Shown: positions 9,484 through 19,641 of the stretch, piece after piece | How the letters are laid out: every line of letters begins with the position of its first letter | Position numbering within the stretch: position 1 is the stretch's first letter | Notes under the pieces: generated by a model | Told to the model about the DNA's origin: nothing | Seen by the model: the letters and a program-made list of their open reading frames with translations, nothing else | Databases searched by the model: none | Assembly: GCA_025999215.1 (NCBI GenBank) | Contig: AP024679.1 | Coordinates: 569,924-633,923, forward strand | Reading direction: 5' to 3' | Length of the DNA: 64,000 nt | DNA from: Candidatus Dojkabacteria bacterium | GTDB taxonomy: Bacteria > Patescibacteriota > Dojkabacteria > J137 | Made by a program: the position numbers and the translations under genes

Positions 9484-10545
9484 ATGTCTAATGCAAAGTT
9501 GAACCCTTACACTCTCCCCTATTTGAGGGAGTTTATAGCGAATCTTCAAAATAATAATTATTCCAAAGAAACAATTGAAAATTATTCTCGCGATTTGAAA
9601 ATTTTCTCATCATTTTTGTACTATATTGAAACGCCTTTTGAAAAAATTGATAAATTGACAATTAGCGAATATAAAGGTTTTTTGAGAAATCAAAATTATA
9701 TTCCAATACTACACGCTTACGAAAAGGGACTTGAATTAACTGAAGAGATAATTGAAAAAAGCAAGAATGAAATATCAGAAAAAAAGCGAGCACTTTATTC
9801 TGGCCAACTATCAGATAACAGTGTTAATAGAATGCTTTCATCATTGAGATCATATTTAAATTTTTTGGTTGAAATTGACAAACCAACGCCAATTTCACCA
9901 ACATCAATCAAAATGATAAAAGCTGAAAAAAAAGAAAAACGAGTTGCTGAGTTTGAAGAATTAGTACAGCTCATTGAAGCGCCTGAAGTTTTTGAAACAA
10001 AAAAAATTGTTAAAAAAAGAAATAGAGCTATTTTAGAATTGATTTTTTCAACTGGGATGAGAATTTCTGAAGTTGTAAATTTAAACAGAGATCAAATTAA
10101 AATTGACGAAAACGGTAATGTAATTGATAATAAAATTTATATTAAAGGAAAAGGAAACAAGCAAAGGTTTGTATACCTTACCGAAAGAGCGATGTTACAC
10201 TTGAGTGAATATTTGAAAACAAGAACAGATAATTATCCAGCAGTTTTTATTCCAACCAAAGGGACGCGATTTGCAACGGAAAACCCTTACATTGTAAGAT
10301 TATCACAAAATTATATCCAAATGAAAATAGCTGAATACAGAAAAAAACTAGGGATTATTGTTCCAACTAGTGCACATAGTCTCAGACATGGTTTTGCGAC
10401 TTATCTAGCAGAACATGGTGCAAATCCCGCGGCTATCCAGAGATTATTAGGGCATTCTAGTTTGCAAACAACATCGCGGTATGTTCATGCATCTGATAAA
10501 TTTGCAGAAAAAGCTCATAAAGAAAATCATCCTTTAAAAAATTAA
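9484..10545 (+). CDS. Tyrosine site-specific recombinase (XerC/XerD family)
   Basis: C-terminal 'HSLRHGFATYLAEHGANPAAIQRLLGHSSLQTTSRYVH' carries the R...HxxR...Y catalytic signature. An N-terminal SAM-like domain is present. Confidence 0.85.
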   Translation: MSNAKLNPYTLPYLREFIANLQNNNYSKETIENYSRDLKIFSSFLYYIETPFEKIDKLTISEYKGFLRNQNYIPILHAYEKGLELTEEIIEKSKNEISEKKRALYSGQLSDNSVNRMLSSLRSYLNFLVEIDKPTPISPTSIKMIKAEKKEKRVAEFEELVQLIEAPEVFETKKIVKKRNRAILELIFSTGMRISEVVNLNRDQIKIDENGNVIDNKIYIKGKGNKQRFVYLTERAMLHLSEYLKTRTDNYPAVFIPTKGTRFATENPYIVRLSQNYIQMKIAEYRKKLGIIVPTSAHSLRHGFATYLAEHGANPAAIQRLLGHSSLQTTSRYVHASDKFAEKAHKENHPLKN

Positions 10546-10566
10546 TTTATTTTTTACTAAAACGAA

Positions 10567-11857
10567 ATGGACATAGTACAAAAATTAATAAAAAAAGAGG
10601 AAGAAAGACAACAAAATACGATTGGTCTAATAGCTTCTGAAAATTTTGCTTCTAAAGCTGTAAGAAATGCAGTGAAATCAGTTTTTATGCATAAATATTC
10701 TGAAGGTTATCCACATGCTCGATACTATGAAGGTAATGAGGTGGTTGATGAATTAGAAGATCTTTGTAGACAAGAAATCTTAAAACTATTTAATTTATCT
10801 AATGATGAATGGCACGTTAATGTTCAGCCTTTATCTGGTTCAATTGCAAATTTAGCTGTTTACAATTCAATTTTAGAACCAGGAGATACTATTTTAAGTA
10901 TGTTTTTACCAGATGGTGGACATCTAAGTCATGGTTGGAGTTATGGAAATCAAGAAAGCTTTAGTGAAGATTTTAAAAATTTGAGTGAAAGTATTTATTT
11001 GGGTGGTAACAGAAAAGTTAGCTTTGTATCCAAAATTTATAATGTAATACAATACAAAACTAATCCAAAAACATTTCTTTTTGATTATGATGAAATTGAA
11101 AAGATAGCTTTAAAAGTAAAACCAAAATTAATTATTACTGGAGGTACAGCATATCCAAGAAATATTGATTATGAAAGAATATCAGAGATTGCTAAAAAAG
11201 TTGGAGCACTTTATCACGCAGACTGTGCGCCATGAAGCGGGCCTTATAGCTGGTAAAGCAGTTCCTGATCCTTTTCAATTTGCTGATTTTGTTACCTTCA
11301 CAACTCATAAAACTTTTAGAGGGCCTAGAGGTGCTGTAGCGATGTGCAGAAAAGAATATGCATCCAAACTAGATAGATCTGTTTTCCCAGGACTTCAGGG
11401 TGGACCTTTCAATCATAATATTGCTGGTATTCTCCAAGCAACACTCGAAGCCCAGACTTTAGAATTTCAAAATTATGCAAGACAAATAGTTTTAAATGCA
11501 AAAGCGTTTGCAAAAGGCTTAATGGATAGAGGGTTTGAAATTGTTACTGGAGGTACAGATAAACATCTACTTTTAATTGATTTGCGTAATTCAGAGATTA
11601 AAGGTTCTGAGTTAGCCAAACGTTTAGCAAATGTCAATGTGATAACTAATAAAAATTCTGTACCATGGGAAAGCGGTTCACCAACCAACCCCTCAGGTTT
11701 GCGTATAGGTACACCTTTAGTTACAACAAGAGGCATGAAAGAAACTGAAATGGAAACAATAGCTGAAATTATTCATAGAGTTTATAATAACGAAAATCTG
11801 GAAGAGGTAAAGGTTATGGTTGAAGAATTATGTAAAAAGTTTCCATTGGATATATAA
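10567..11857 (+). pseudogene. glyA: Serine hydroxymethyltransferase with an internal +1 frameshift (split into ORFs 10567-11235 and 11165-11857)
   Basis: The first ORF has 'LIASENFASKAVRNAV...KYSEGYP'. The second has 'HEAGLIAGKAVPDPF...TTHKTFRGPRG'. The frames join around 11228-11233, where an extra C in 'gcgccatga' gives '...HADCAP*' instead of '...HADCAHEAGLIAG'. Confidence 0.8.
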
Positions 11858-11859
11858 TA

Positions 11860-11932
11860 AGCTGGTTGTGAGATTCGAACTCACGACCTTCCCTTTACGA
11901 GAGGGATGCTCTACCAACTGAGCTAAACCAGC
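11860..11932 (-). tRNA. tRNA-Thr (anticodon CGT)
   Basis: The reverse complement gives acceptor GCTGGTT/AACCAGC, D-arm GCTCAGTTGGTAGAGC, anticodon loop CTCGTAA and T-loop TTCGAAT. CCA is not encoded. Confidence 0.88.
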
Positions 11933-11992
11933 TAACAATTAATTATACTCTAATTTTGTGTTAAACTTAAAATATAATTTATATTTAATTTT

Positions 11993-13030
11993 ATGCAGAA
12001 TTTTTTATACAACAACAAAATTGTTAATCATTTAATTGCGCTAGAATCACATAAAGTAAACTTGTCTTTGCTTGAGATTTCTAATGACTTTAAAAGTAAA
12101 ATCTTAAATGAAGTAAAATTAAAAAATATTTTTTTTATTGCATCAATTTTAGGAATTCCACAGTTTACAATTAAGGATGCGCAAAAGTTTTTAAATTCTA
12201 AAGGGTTTGTTGCTGAATCTCTTGATTATCAAGTTTTACATAATTCTATTAACGCTTTTGAATTTAATAAATCTGCTCTGGCTGATACTTTTAATCAAAC
12301 TGATGAAAGTGCCCTACTTCACATAAACAGGTTATTGATTTTGAATTGGAGAGATAACTGGGATGCCAGGTTTCGAAATTTTCATGAAAAAGTTGATGAA
12401 ACTTTTGATCGTTGGATTTCATTACGAGATACGCAAATTAATGATGATGAAAGAATAAGAAGATATAAAGAACTTTTACAATGGTTTTCAGATGTCAAAA
12501 ATGATTTTCCATTTTGGATTAAATTTTCTAGATTTGTTTTTGAATCAATTAGACTGGCTCCTTTCATTGCAGGTAATCAGTTAACAACTATTATTGCTTC
12601 TGATTTTATTTTGTATAAAAATGGTTACTCAACCAAACTTTACATGAGCACAGCAGAAATGTTTGCATTGAATCAACAAAGAATTATAGAAACTTATCAA
12701 GCAGCAGTTATAAATGGTGAATCATATTGGCATGAGAATTTTTTACAAATAGTGTTAGATTATTTTTTGATTTTGCGTAAAAATTTAAATAAATTTTTGG
12801 CATCGCAAGAAAAAGCTAAAAGTCAACCATTTCTTGAACTAAACAAACGACAAATTAAGATCTTAAAATATCTCCAGTCTGTTCCAACTATTAAGCGAGA
12901 AGATTATTGCCATATGATGGAAGTTTCAACTATGACAGCTTTTAGGGATCTTAATGATTTGGTTGATAAAAAATTGCTCAAAGTTGAGGGTAAAGGTAGA
13001 GCAACAAAATACAAACTAGCAACAATGTGA
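11993..13030 (+). CDS. Fic/DOC-family protein with degenerate active-site motif and C-terminal winged-helix domain
   Basis: 'LAPFIAGNQLTTII' occupies the position of the HPFx[DE]GNGR Fic motif but lacks the His and Arg. The C-terminal 'FRDLNDLVDKKLLKVEGKGRATKY' is HTH-like, as in many Fic proteins. Confidence 0.6.
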   Translation: MQNFLYNNKIVNHLIALESHKVNLSLLEISNDFKSKILNEVKLKNIFFIASILGIPQFTIKDAQKFLNSKGFVAESLDYQVLHNSINAFEFNKSALADTFNQTDESALLHINRLLILNWRDNWDARFRNFHEKVDETFDRWISLRDTQINDDERIRRYKELLQWFSDVKNDFPFWIKFSRFVFESIRLAPFIAGNQLTTIIASDFILYKNGYSTKLYMSTAEMFALNQQRIIETYQAAVINGESYWHENFLQIVLDYFLILRKNLNKFLASQEKAKSQPFLELNKRQIKILKYLQSVPTIKREDYCHMMEVSTMTAFRDLNDLVDKKLLKVEGKGRATKYKLATM

Positions 13031-13031
13031 T

Positions 13032-13607
13032 ATGACAAGATGTAGCTGGGTTCCGCTTAATAAAAAAATTTATGTTGATTATCATGATTTTGAATGGGGT
13101 GTTCCTGTTAAAGATGATACTAAGCTTTTTGAGTTTTTGAGTTTAGAGCTTTCTCAAGCTGGTTTATCATGGTATACGATTCTTTTAAAGAGATCTTTCT
13201 ATCGAAATGCATTCAAAGGATTTGATATCGATTATGTAAGTACTTTAACTTTTGATGATTTAGATTATATTATTCAGAATTATGATGTTGTGAAAAATAA
13301 AAAAAAGCTTTCAGCAATTGTTCAAAATGGTAAAGTTTACAAGAAAATTATTGAAGAAAAAGGTTCATTCTATCAGTACATCTTAGAATTTTTACCTAAT
13401 AAAAGGCCACTTATTAATTCATGGTCTGACTTGTCTGAAGTGCCTAAATTTACTGGTTTTTCAAAAAAAATATCGCTTGATCTTAAAAAACGTGGAATGT
13501 TTTTTGTTGGTCCTACTATAATTTATTCATTTCTTCAAGCAACTGGTTTTGTTAATGATCACTTAGTAGATTGTTTTAGATATACTGAATTAAAAAATTT
13601 GTTATAA
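13032..13607 (+). CDS. tag: DNA-3-methyladenine glycosylase I
   Basis: 'YHDFEWGVPVKDDTKLFEFLSLELSQAGLSWYTILLKR' matches the Tag N-terminal core (YHDxEWGVP...LFE...LExxQAGLSW). Confidence 0.85.
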   Translation: MTRCSWVPLNKKIYVDYHDFEWGVPVKDDTKLFEFLSLELSQAGLSWYTILLKRSFYRNAFKGFDIDYVSTLTFDDLDYIIQNYDVVKNKKKLSAIVQNGKVYKKIIEEKGSFYQYILEFLPNKRPLINSWSDLSEVPKFTGFSKKISLDLKKRGMFFVGPTIIYSFLQATGFVNDHLVDCFRYTELKNLL

Positions 13608-13614
13608 TTGAAGC

Positions 13615-14883
13615 ATGAAAAATTTAAAATTAAAACATGTCAGTTTTTATATTTTTGTTCTTTTTACATTTGCTATTTTTTTGTACTCACTACCTACTAT
13701 CAATCTAAGCCTCTTTGGTAAAAATTATACCTTGTTTAATTGGGATCTAAATTCAATTTTACATAATAGTTCTCCATTAGGTAACATCAGGATGGGTAGT
13801 GGTTTTACCAACAATAATGTTTATGTTGTTGAATATAGTAATTTATCAAGCGATGAATTTAATGAGATAGTCGATATAATTAGACTCAGAGCAAAACTTG
13901 CAGGATTTTATCATATTGATATTGATGGGTTTTATAATGAGAATACTTCAAAAATTTTTTTTACAATTCCAAGCTTTGATGATAATCAAAGTATAATTGT
14001 TGAATGGTTGACTAAGGCTGGAAAATTTGAATTTTATACACAAAATTCTCAAGGTGAAGAATCTTTTTCGGGGCTTGACTCAAGTGACATTGAAAATGGT
14101 TTAAGTTTAAAATTTGATGATGTTTATGGTGAGCATTTAGAATTTAAATTTACTGAGAAAGCTTTTTCTAATTTTAATTTAATTTTAACTCAAGGTAATG
14201 TATCGAGCGTTGTTTTAAAAATAGACGGTCAAGATGAATATGCCTTAATTCCGGTAACTCAACAAACATCTCAAGGAGTTCAAATAACAAATAAATTTAA
14301 ACTTGTTTCAATCACAACAAACGATATCACTAAACAAAATATTACTGCTAATTTAACAAAATCATTATTACTGACTAAAGAGCTAAATTCTCAAAATGAG
14401 ACTTACACTCCTTTAGGTGAGATTTCTTCTTTTTATAAAGTTGAGAGATTTAGGTATTTTGTAATTACAGCTTTTTTAACTTTGGTTTTGGCTAATTTGC
14501 TTAACTTTAAAAATTTTGACAAAAAAAATAAGTTTTTATTTTTAGTTATAACTACCTTTTTAATATCTCTCAATTTAGTATTACTTAAATTAGTAGCAGC
14601 TACAGTTTCAATAGTTGGGTTAATTACAATGGTCTTAATTTCTCTGGTATTCATTTTAATCACGAAAGAACTTTTAAAAATTGAATTATCTGAGGATTTT
14701 AAAAAATTTTTGCAAAAGATTTTTGTTTTTAATATTTTAATTTTGTATTTAAACTTTTCATTGTTCGGAAGCTTAAGTTATAGTAATGATGCTGTTGGTG
14801 TTTTAGTAACTAGTTTTATTGTAATGTTTATATTTTTGTATTTCTTTTATAGTTCAGTTAAATCATTTTTATATGAAAAATAA
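13615..14883 (+). CDS. Membrane protein with large extracytoplasmic domain (SecD-like topology, unverified)
   Basis: Topology is an N-terminal TM, a loop of about 240 aa, then a C-terminal TM bundle. It overlaps the next gene by 11 nt. No confident sequence motif. Confidence 0.5.
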   Translation: MKNLKLKHVSFYIFVLFTFAIFLYSLPTINLSLFGKNYTLFNWDLNSILHNSSPLGNIRMGSGFTNNNVYVVEYSNLSSDEFNEIVDIIRLRAKLAGFYHIDIDGFYNENTSKIFFTIPSFDDNQSIIVEWLTKAGKFEFYTQNSQGEESFSGLDSSDIENGLSLKFDDVYGEHLEFKFTEKAFSNFNLILTQGNVSSVVLKIDGQDEYALIPVTQQTSQGVQITNKFKLVSITTNDITKQNITANLTKSLLLTKELNSQNETYTPLGEISSFYKVERFRYFVITAFLTLVLANLLNFKNFDKKNKFLFLVITTFLISLNLVLLKLVAATVSIVGLITMVLISLVFILITKELLKIELSEDFKKFLQKIFVFNILILYLNFSLFGSLSYSNDAVGVLVTSFIVMFIFLYFFYSSVKSFLYEK

Positions 14884-15736
14884 AATTTACTTTTTTACAA
14901 CAATTTTACTTTTTACTTTTGTAGTACCTTTATTTTTATTTTTTTATAATTCTGGGCTTAAATATTCTTTATTTGAAAAAATGATAGCTTTAGAAACAAG
15001 CAATTTAGACCTCACAGTCAAATCTTACGATAAATTTAAAGATGCTGGTATTTATATCGTTACTGAAGATGATTTTTTAAAATTTAAAGATACTTTTCAA
15101 GGTGATTATTATGAATATTACTCTAGTGTAAGCTACAGAAGTGTAGTTACTTTATTGCTAGTTATATTCATGATTTATTTTGCTAATTTGACTCTTCTTT
15201 ATTTTTTATTTTTTAGAAAAAAAACTCTAAAGTCTTTTGGAGGTTTTGGTATTATTTTATTCGCTTATCTGTTTTATCTAGTTACTTTAACATTTGGTGT
15301 TTTATCTTTTACTTCAATGTTTACTTGGATTGATGATTTGTCGATAGGAATTGTTTTGATTAGTGTTTTAGTAAATTTGTTTTTTTACTTAATTTATTTG
15401 GGCGAATTCGAAAAATTAATAACCTTCAAAGATTATAACGTTTGGTTTAACAAAACTTATAATTCTTTCAAAAAGTTGATTTTACCATATTTATTTTTTA
15501 CTGTTGGTTTAACTTATTTAGCTAAGGATGTTCAGCCATTTGTGATTATAAATGCTGGGTTATTTGCTTCATTATTTTTTAACTTTTATGGTTATTTACT
15601 GACAACTTTTCAAATTGAAACAGCAGCACAAATTATTAAGATTGCATCACAAAAAAGTTCTAAGACTCAAAATAAGAAATTAAATAAATCTAGATCATCT
15701 AGTAAAAAGAAAAAGAGTAAAAAAACTAAGAGATAA
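14873..15736 (+). CDS. Polytopic membrane protein with poly-lysine C-terminal tail (SecF-like topology, unverified)
   Basis: N-terminal TM, a short loop, then a 5-TM bundle. The C-terminus is 'KSSKTQNKKLNKSRSSSKKKKSKKTKR'. Confidence 0.5.
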   Translation: MKNKIYFFTTILLFTFVVPLFLFFYNSGLKYSLFEKMIALETSNLDLTVKSYDKFKDAGIYIVTEDDFLKFKDTFQGDYYEYYSSVSYRSVVTLLLVIFMIYFANLTLLYFLFFRKKTLKSFGGFGIILFAYLFYLVTLTFGVLSFTSMFTWIDDLSIGIVLISVLVNLFFYLIYLGEFEKLITFKDYNVWFNKTYNSFKKLILPYLFFTVGLTYLAKDVQPFVIINAGLFASLFFNFYGYLLTTFQIETAAQIIKIASQKSSKTQNKKLNKSRSSSKKKKSKKTKR

Positions 15737-17249
15737 CTATTCCTTCAAGTGCCCATGGAGTTGCTGATGTAATTTTAACATCCACAAATTTTCCGATTAA
15801 ACTTTGATCTGACTTAATGCGCACAATTTTGTTATTTGGTGTTCTACCGCTTAAATAGCCTTTCCTATCTTTTCCTTCAATCAAAACTTTTAAAGTTTTA
15901 TCTATTAATTTTTTATTTTTTTTGTAAGCAACTTTTTTCAAAATTTCATTCAATTCTTCTTTTCTTTGAGCTTTAATTTGAGGAGATATCTTGTCTGGCA
16001 GACGAGCTGCAGCTGTACCGCTTCGAGGTGAATATTCAGCAATGTAAATCATATCAAACTCAAGCTCTTTTTGAGCTTTTAGCGTTAACTGAAAATCTTC
16101 TTCCGTTTCTCCGATAAATCCAATAATTATATCTGTTGATAGGGCCAAGTTTGGAATTTCTTTTTTCATTAGTTTTACAATTTCTTTAAATTCTTTCATC
16201 GTATGTCTTCTGTTCATTCTTTTTAAAACTTTGTCACTCCCAGATTGAAGTGCAAAATGTAAGTATGGCCTTTGATGTCCGTTACCTTTGTTTTCTAAAG
16301 CATTGTTTTTTGATGATTGGCCTACAAAACTAATTAGTTCTTTTGTCATATAATTAGGATGAGATGAAATCCATGTTGTCCACCATTCACCGGGAATTTG
16401 ATCAATAACTTGCAAAAGTTGCAAAAAATCCTTTGGCATTTTTAATTCGTTATCAAAATCGTATTCACTTGAATTTAGCTTTGCTTTAAAAAAATCTCTC
16501 CATTTTTCCAAATCTTTTTGATGCAATGGAGTTTCATTCAGACCAGAAATTTTAGTCAAAGCTTCATTATATTCAAACATATCTTTCATTTGTGGATTAA
16601 TCCATCTGTTTACTGTTTGCCCTAAGAGTGTGATATCTTTGTAGCCATGTTTTACCAAATCAAAAACTTCTCTAATTATCTCACTTGCATCTCTACAAAC
16701 TTCTTTACCACGAGAATAAGGGACAATACAAAATGTGCAAAAATGATTGCAGCCGGTAGAAATTGGAACGTAAGCTTGAAAAGAACTTTTATATTTAGGT
16801 TTAAATGATAAATAATGCTCTGGTTTGTCGTCAAACTTAGTTTTAAAACCTAACCTTTCTCCCAAAGTTGTGAAATCTTTGGTTTCAACAACAATGTCAA
16901 GGCCAGGTATTAAGTTTTTAAGTTCATTTTCTCGTGTTAATTTATCTTTTTGTACAGAATTAGCTACATTTTTGCTTTCATCCCAAACTCTCCTTGCCAT
17001 GCATCCAGTAAGTACTATGGTTGGTTGTATAGGGCTATTTTCTCTAATATTTTTTACAACTCCAATTATTCTATCTTCAGCTTTTTGCCTAACTGAGCAT
17101 GTGTTGAGAATCACAAGATCTGCATTTTTCCATGTATCTGTTTCTTTTAAACCAAGGTTATTTAAATACTGTGAAAACCTTTCAGAATCAGATAGATTCA
17201 TCTGACATCCAAAGGTAAGAATGTGGTAAGTTTTTAGTTCATTTTGCAT
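15726..17249 (-). CDS. Radical-SAM methylthiotransferase, MiaB/RimO family (with insertion)
   Basis: N-terminal 'ILTFGCQMN' is the UPF0004/MTTase domain. 'TGCNHFCTFCIVP' is the radical-SAM CxxxCxxC motif. A TRAM-like tail is at the C-terminus. Confidence 0.82.
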   Translation of the reverse strand: MQNELKTYHILTFGCQMNLSDSERFSQYLNNLGLKETDTWKNADLVILNTCSVRQKAEDRIIGVVKNIRENSPIQPTIVLTGCMARRVWDESKNVANSVQKDKLTRENELKNLIPGLDIVVETKDFTTLGERLGFKTKFDDKPEHYLSFKPKYKSSFQAYVPISTGCNHFCTFCIVPYSRGKEVCRDASEIIREVFDLVKHGYKDITLLGQTVNRWINPQMKDMFEYNEALTKISGLNETPLHQKDLEKWRDFFKAKLNSSEYDFDNELKMPKDFLQLLQVIDQIPGEWWTTWISSHPNYMTKELISFVGQSSKNNALENKGNGHQRPYLHFALQSGSDKVLKRMNRRHTMKEFKEIVKLMKKEIPNLALSTDIIIGFIGETEEDFQLTLKAQKELEFDMIYIAEYSPRSGTAAARLPDKISPQIKAQRKEELNEILKKVAYKKNKKLIDKTLKVLIEGKDRKGYLSGRTPNNKIVRIKSDQSLIGKFVDVKITSATPWALEGIVIS

Positions 17250-17334
17250 TTAAAAATTATACAATTTTCACAGTTTATTCTCAAACAGTATTTTTTGTGA
17301 TAGTATTTATTTAGTAAAATTTAAATTTTGAAAA

Positions 17335-17754
17335 ATGAGTAGGCAAAGTAGTGAATTTATCATTCCATTTAGTTTTTTAGTATTTTTAGCTTTAGTTGGT
17401 CTTTTGGTATTTGTTTATTTTGCTCAGATCAACGAGTGGTTTAGTCCAACAAAAGAGCTAATTGAAAGTATTGAAACTGATGATATTGTTGCTAGTTACC
17501 CTGAAGCTGAGTTTAGTCAATTTACAATGAGTGAGGTGAGTGAGCATAATAGTAATGAAGATTGCTATGTTGTGATTGATGATTTAGTATATGCATTGAG
17601 TGTTGATTTTCTTGATGATGATAAAGACGATTTATTTGATGAATTGATATGCGGTCAAGACATAAGTGAGGCTTTTAAAACTCAGGTGGAATATACTTTT
17701 GAAGACCTAACAAAATTTTTGATAGGTGAAGTTGTTGATGTTAAGGATAATTGA
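17335..17754 (+). CDS. Membrane-anchored acidic protein, unknown function
   Basis: N-terminal TM followed by a highly acidic C-terminal domain. Confidence 0.45.
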   Translation: MSRQSSEFIIPFSFLVFLALVGLLVFVYFAQINEWFSPTKELIESIETDDIVASYPEAEFSQFTMSEVSEHNSNEDCYVVIDDLVYALSVDFLDDDKDDLFDELICGQDISEAFKTQVEYTFEDLTKFLIGEVVDVKDN

Positions 17755-17938
17755 TTTAAAAGATTTTTCCACATTTTTCATAAATTTTAAAATCCCTAGA
17801 ATTTTTTAAAAAAAGCTTTTTTAACATTAAGTTTAATTTTTAAATCTTTTTTAATTTCAAAGCATAAAAACTTTACGCTATGTAAAGTAATTAAAAAAAA
17901 ATTTTAATTAAAATAAATTTATAGATTTTTAGAAAAAA

Positions 17939-18304
17939 TTAGTCTGTTGCAAGAGCTAATTGAACAGTAGTTGGTGAGACTTGGTTTACAAGAGTTACTA
18001 CTTTGCCTTGTTCTGCAATATGTCTTAAATAATCTAACATTTGGCTAAGCGTTACACCAGGCACCCATTCTATTTCAAGTGGCGGGTTGTATGAATATAA
18101 TATCAAAATAAACTTGTTTCCCTTTTTCTTGATTGAAATTCCTTTTGAAGAAGAAGTGATTATTTTTTGTGTAGCTTGCGGTGTAGTTGATAAACCCATT
18201 GATGAAGCCATAGACATAAATACTGAAACCAAATTACTTGATTCACATTCAATTGAACCTATTTGCTCTTTGTTTTTTGATGTAAAAAATTCTAAGATGT
18301 TCAC
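17939..18304 (-). CDS. Hypothetical protein
   Basis: 121-aa ORF with no recognisable motif. Confidence 0.4.
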   Translation of the reverse strand: MNILEFFTSKNKEQIGSIECESSNLVSVFMSMASSMGLSTTPQATQKIITSSSKGISIKKKGNKFILILYSYNPPLEIEWVPGVTLSQMLDYLRHIAEQGKVVTLVNQVSPTTVQLALATD

Positions 18305-18371
18305 GCCTTATGATAACATATTTTTAAGATTTTTTCAAGTATATATTAAAAATTTGTGGTAAAATTTTCAG

Positions 18372-19592
18372 ATGAAAAAGAATTTAATTCCAATATATTT
18401 CTTGAGTTTTGTAAACACTATAGGGTTTAGTATTCTATTTCCTGTATTACCCACGATCATAAGAGAGTTCTCAGACTCTGAATTTGTTTATGGAATAGTG
18501 TTATCAACTTATCCGCTATTTCAGTTTGTAGCAACACCTGTCTTGGGTGAATTAAGCGATTCGTTAGGTAGACGACCAGTTTTAATAATAAGTCAATTTG
18601 GAACTCTTTTGAGTTGGTTTATATTTTTATTTGCATTTGCTGTAAAAGATTTATACTTTTATGGATTGAGTGTTGGTTTAATCGTAATTATTTTTTCAAG
18701 AATAGTTGATGGCATAACTGGAGGAAATGTTTCAGTGGCAAATGCATATGTAACAGATGTTGTGCCTCAGGAAGATCGCTCTAGAATTTTTGCAAACTTA
18801 GGGTTAATTTTTGGATTAGGATTTATCATAGGACCCTCACTTGGTGGTTTGTCAGCAAGTTTTTCAATTGGTGCGATAGGAACGGTAGTTTTATCAATCA
18901 TTGTTTCAACTTTTACTCTACTGTGTATCATATTTTTACTGCCAGAATCGCTTATCAATAGAGATGATGATTTAAATATAAAAAAATCAATAATGTCAAT
19001 TAATATTTTTAAAAAATTTAAAGAAATAAAAGAAAAGTTTATTTATCAAATATTTTTGATTAGATTATTTTTCTCTTTAACTTTTGCAGGCTTTACTCCT
19101 TTGTTAGTTTTATTTTTAGAGGACAAATTCAATATGAAACCAAGGGATTTAGGTTTTGTTTTCTTCATTCTTGGTTTATTTATTTTTGTAAATCAAGGAA
19201 TAGTTTCAAAAAAAATTTCTAAAAAATTTGGAGAATATAAAACTTTTCTATCAGGAGTATTAATAACTATTTCTAGTATTTTTTTATTTTCATTTATCAA
19301 CTCTTTAATTTTATTTTATATTTTAATGTTTTTAATTTCACTTGGTAATGCTCTCTTTTTTCCAAACTTTAAAACTCTACTTGCTAACAATTCTGATAGT
19401 AAAAAATTAGGTCTGGTCAATGGACTTGATGAGTCAATTTTAGCTTTATCCAATGTAATATCACCTATAATCTCAACTTTAATTTATTCAATCTATAAAT
19501 TTAATTCATTTTGGATTTATACTGTTTGTTTGTTAATGTTGGCAGCTTTAAGTCTTTGGGTATTGGAGAAACGATATATTCCAAACAACTAG
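18372..19592 (+). CDS. MFS transporter
   Basis: 12-TM profile. 'GELSDSLGRRPVL' is the MFS signature motif between TM2 and TM3. Confidence 0.8.
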   Translation: MKKNLIPIYFLSFVNTIGFSILFPVLPTIIREFSDSEFVYGIVLSTYPLFQFVATPVLGELSDSLGRRPVLIISQFGTLLSWFIFLFAFAVKDLYFYGLSVGLIVIIFSRIVDGITGGNVSVANAYVTDVVPQEDRSRIFANLGLIFGLGFIIGPSLGGLSASFSIGAIGTVVLSIIVSTFTLLCIIFLLPESLINRDDDLNIKKSIMSINIFKKFKEIKEKFIYQIFLIRLFFSLTFAGFTPLLVLFLEDKFNMKPRDLGFVFFILGLFIFVNQGIVSKKISKKFGEYKTFLSGVLITISSIFLFSFINSLILFYILMFLISLGNALFFPNFKTLLANNSDSKKLGLVNGLDESILALSNVISPIISTLIYSIYKFNSFWIYTVCLLMLAALSLWVLEKRYIPNN

Positions 19593-19641
19593 AAAACTCA
19601 TAAAATATTATGTATCATGGTGGTAGTTCAATAGTTAAGAT

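Noticed and set aside
17335-17754. Cytochrome b5-like heme-binding domain in the 139-aa acidic protein ('EHNSNEDCYVVIDDLVY')
   Set aside because: The HPGG heme-ligand motif and the second His are absent, so the resemblance is superficial.
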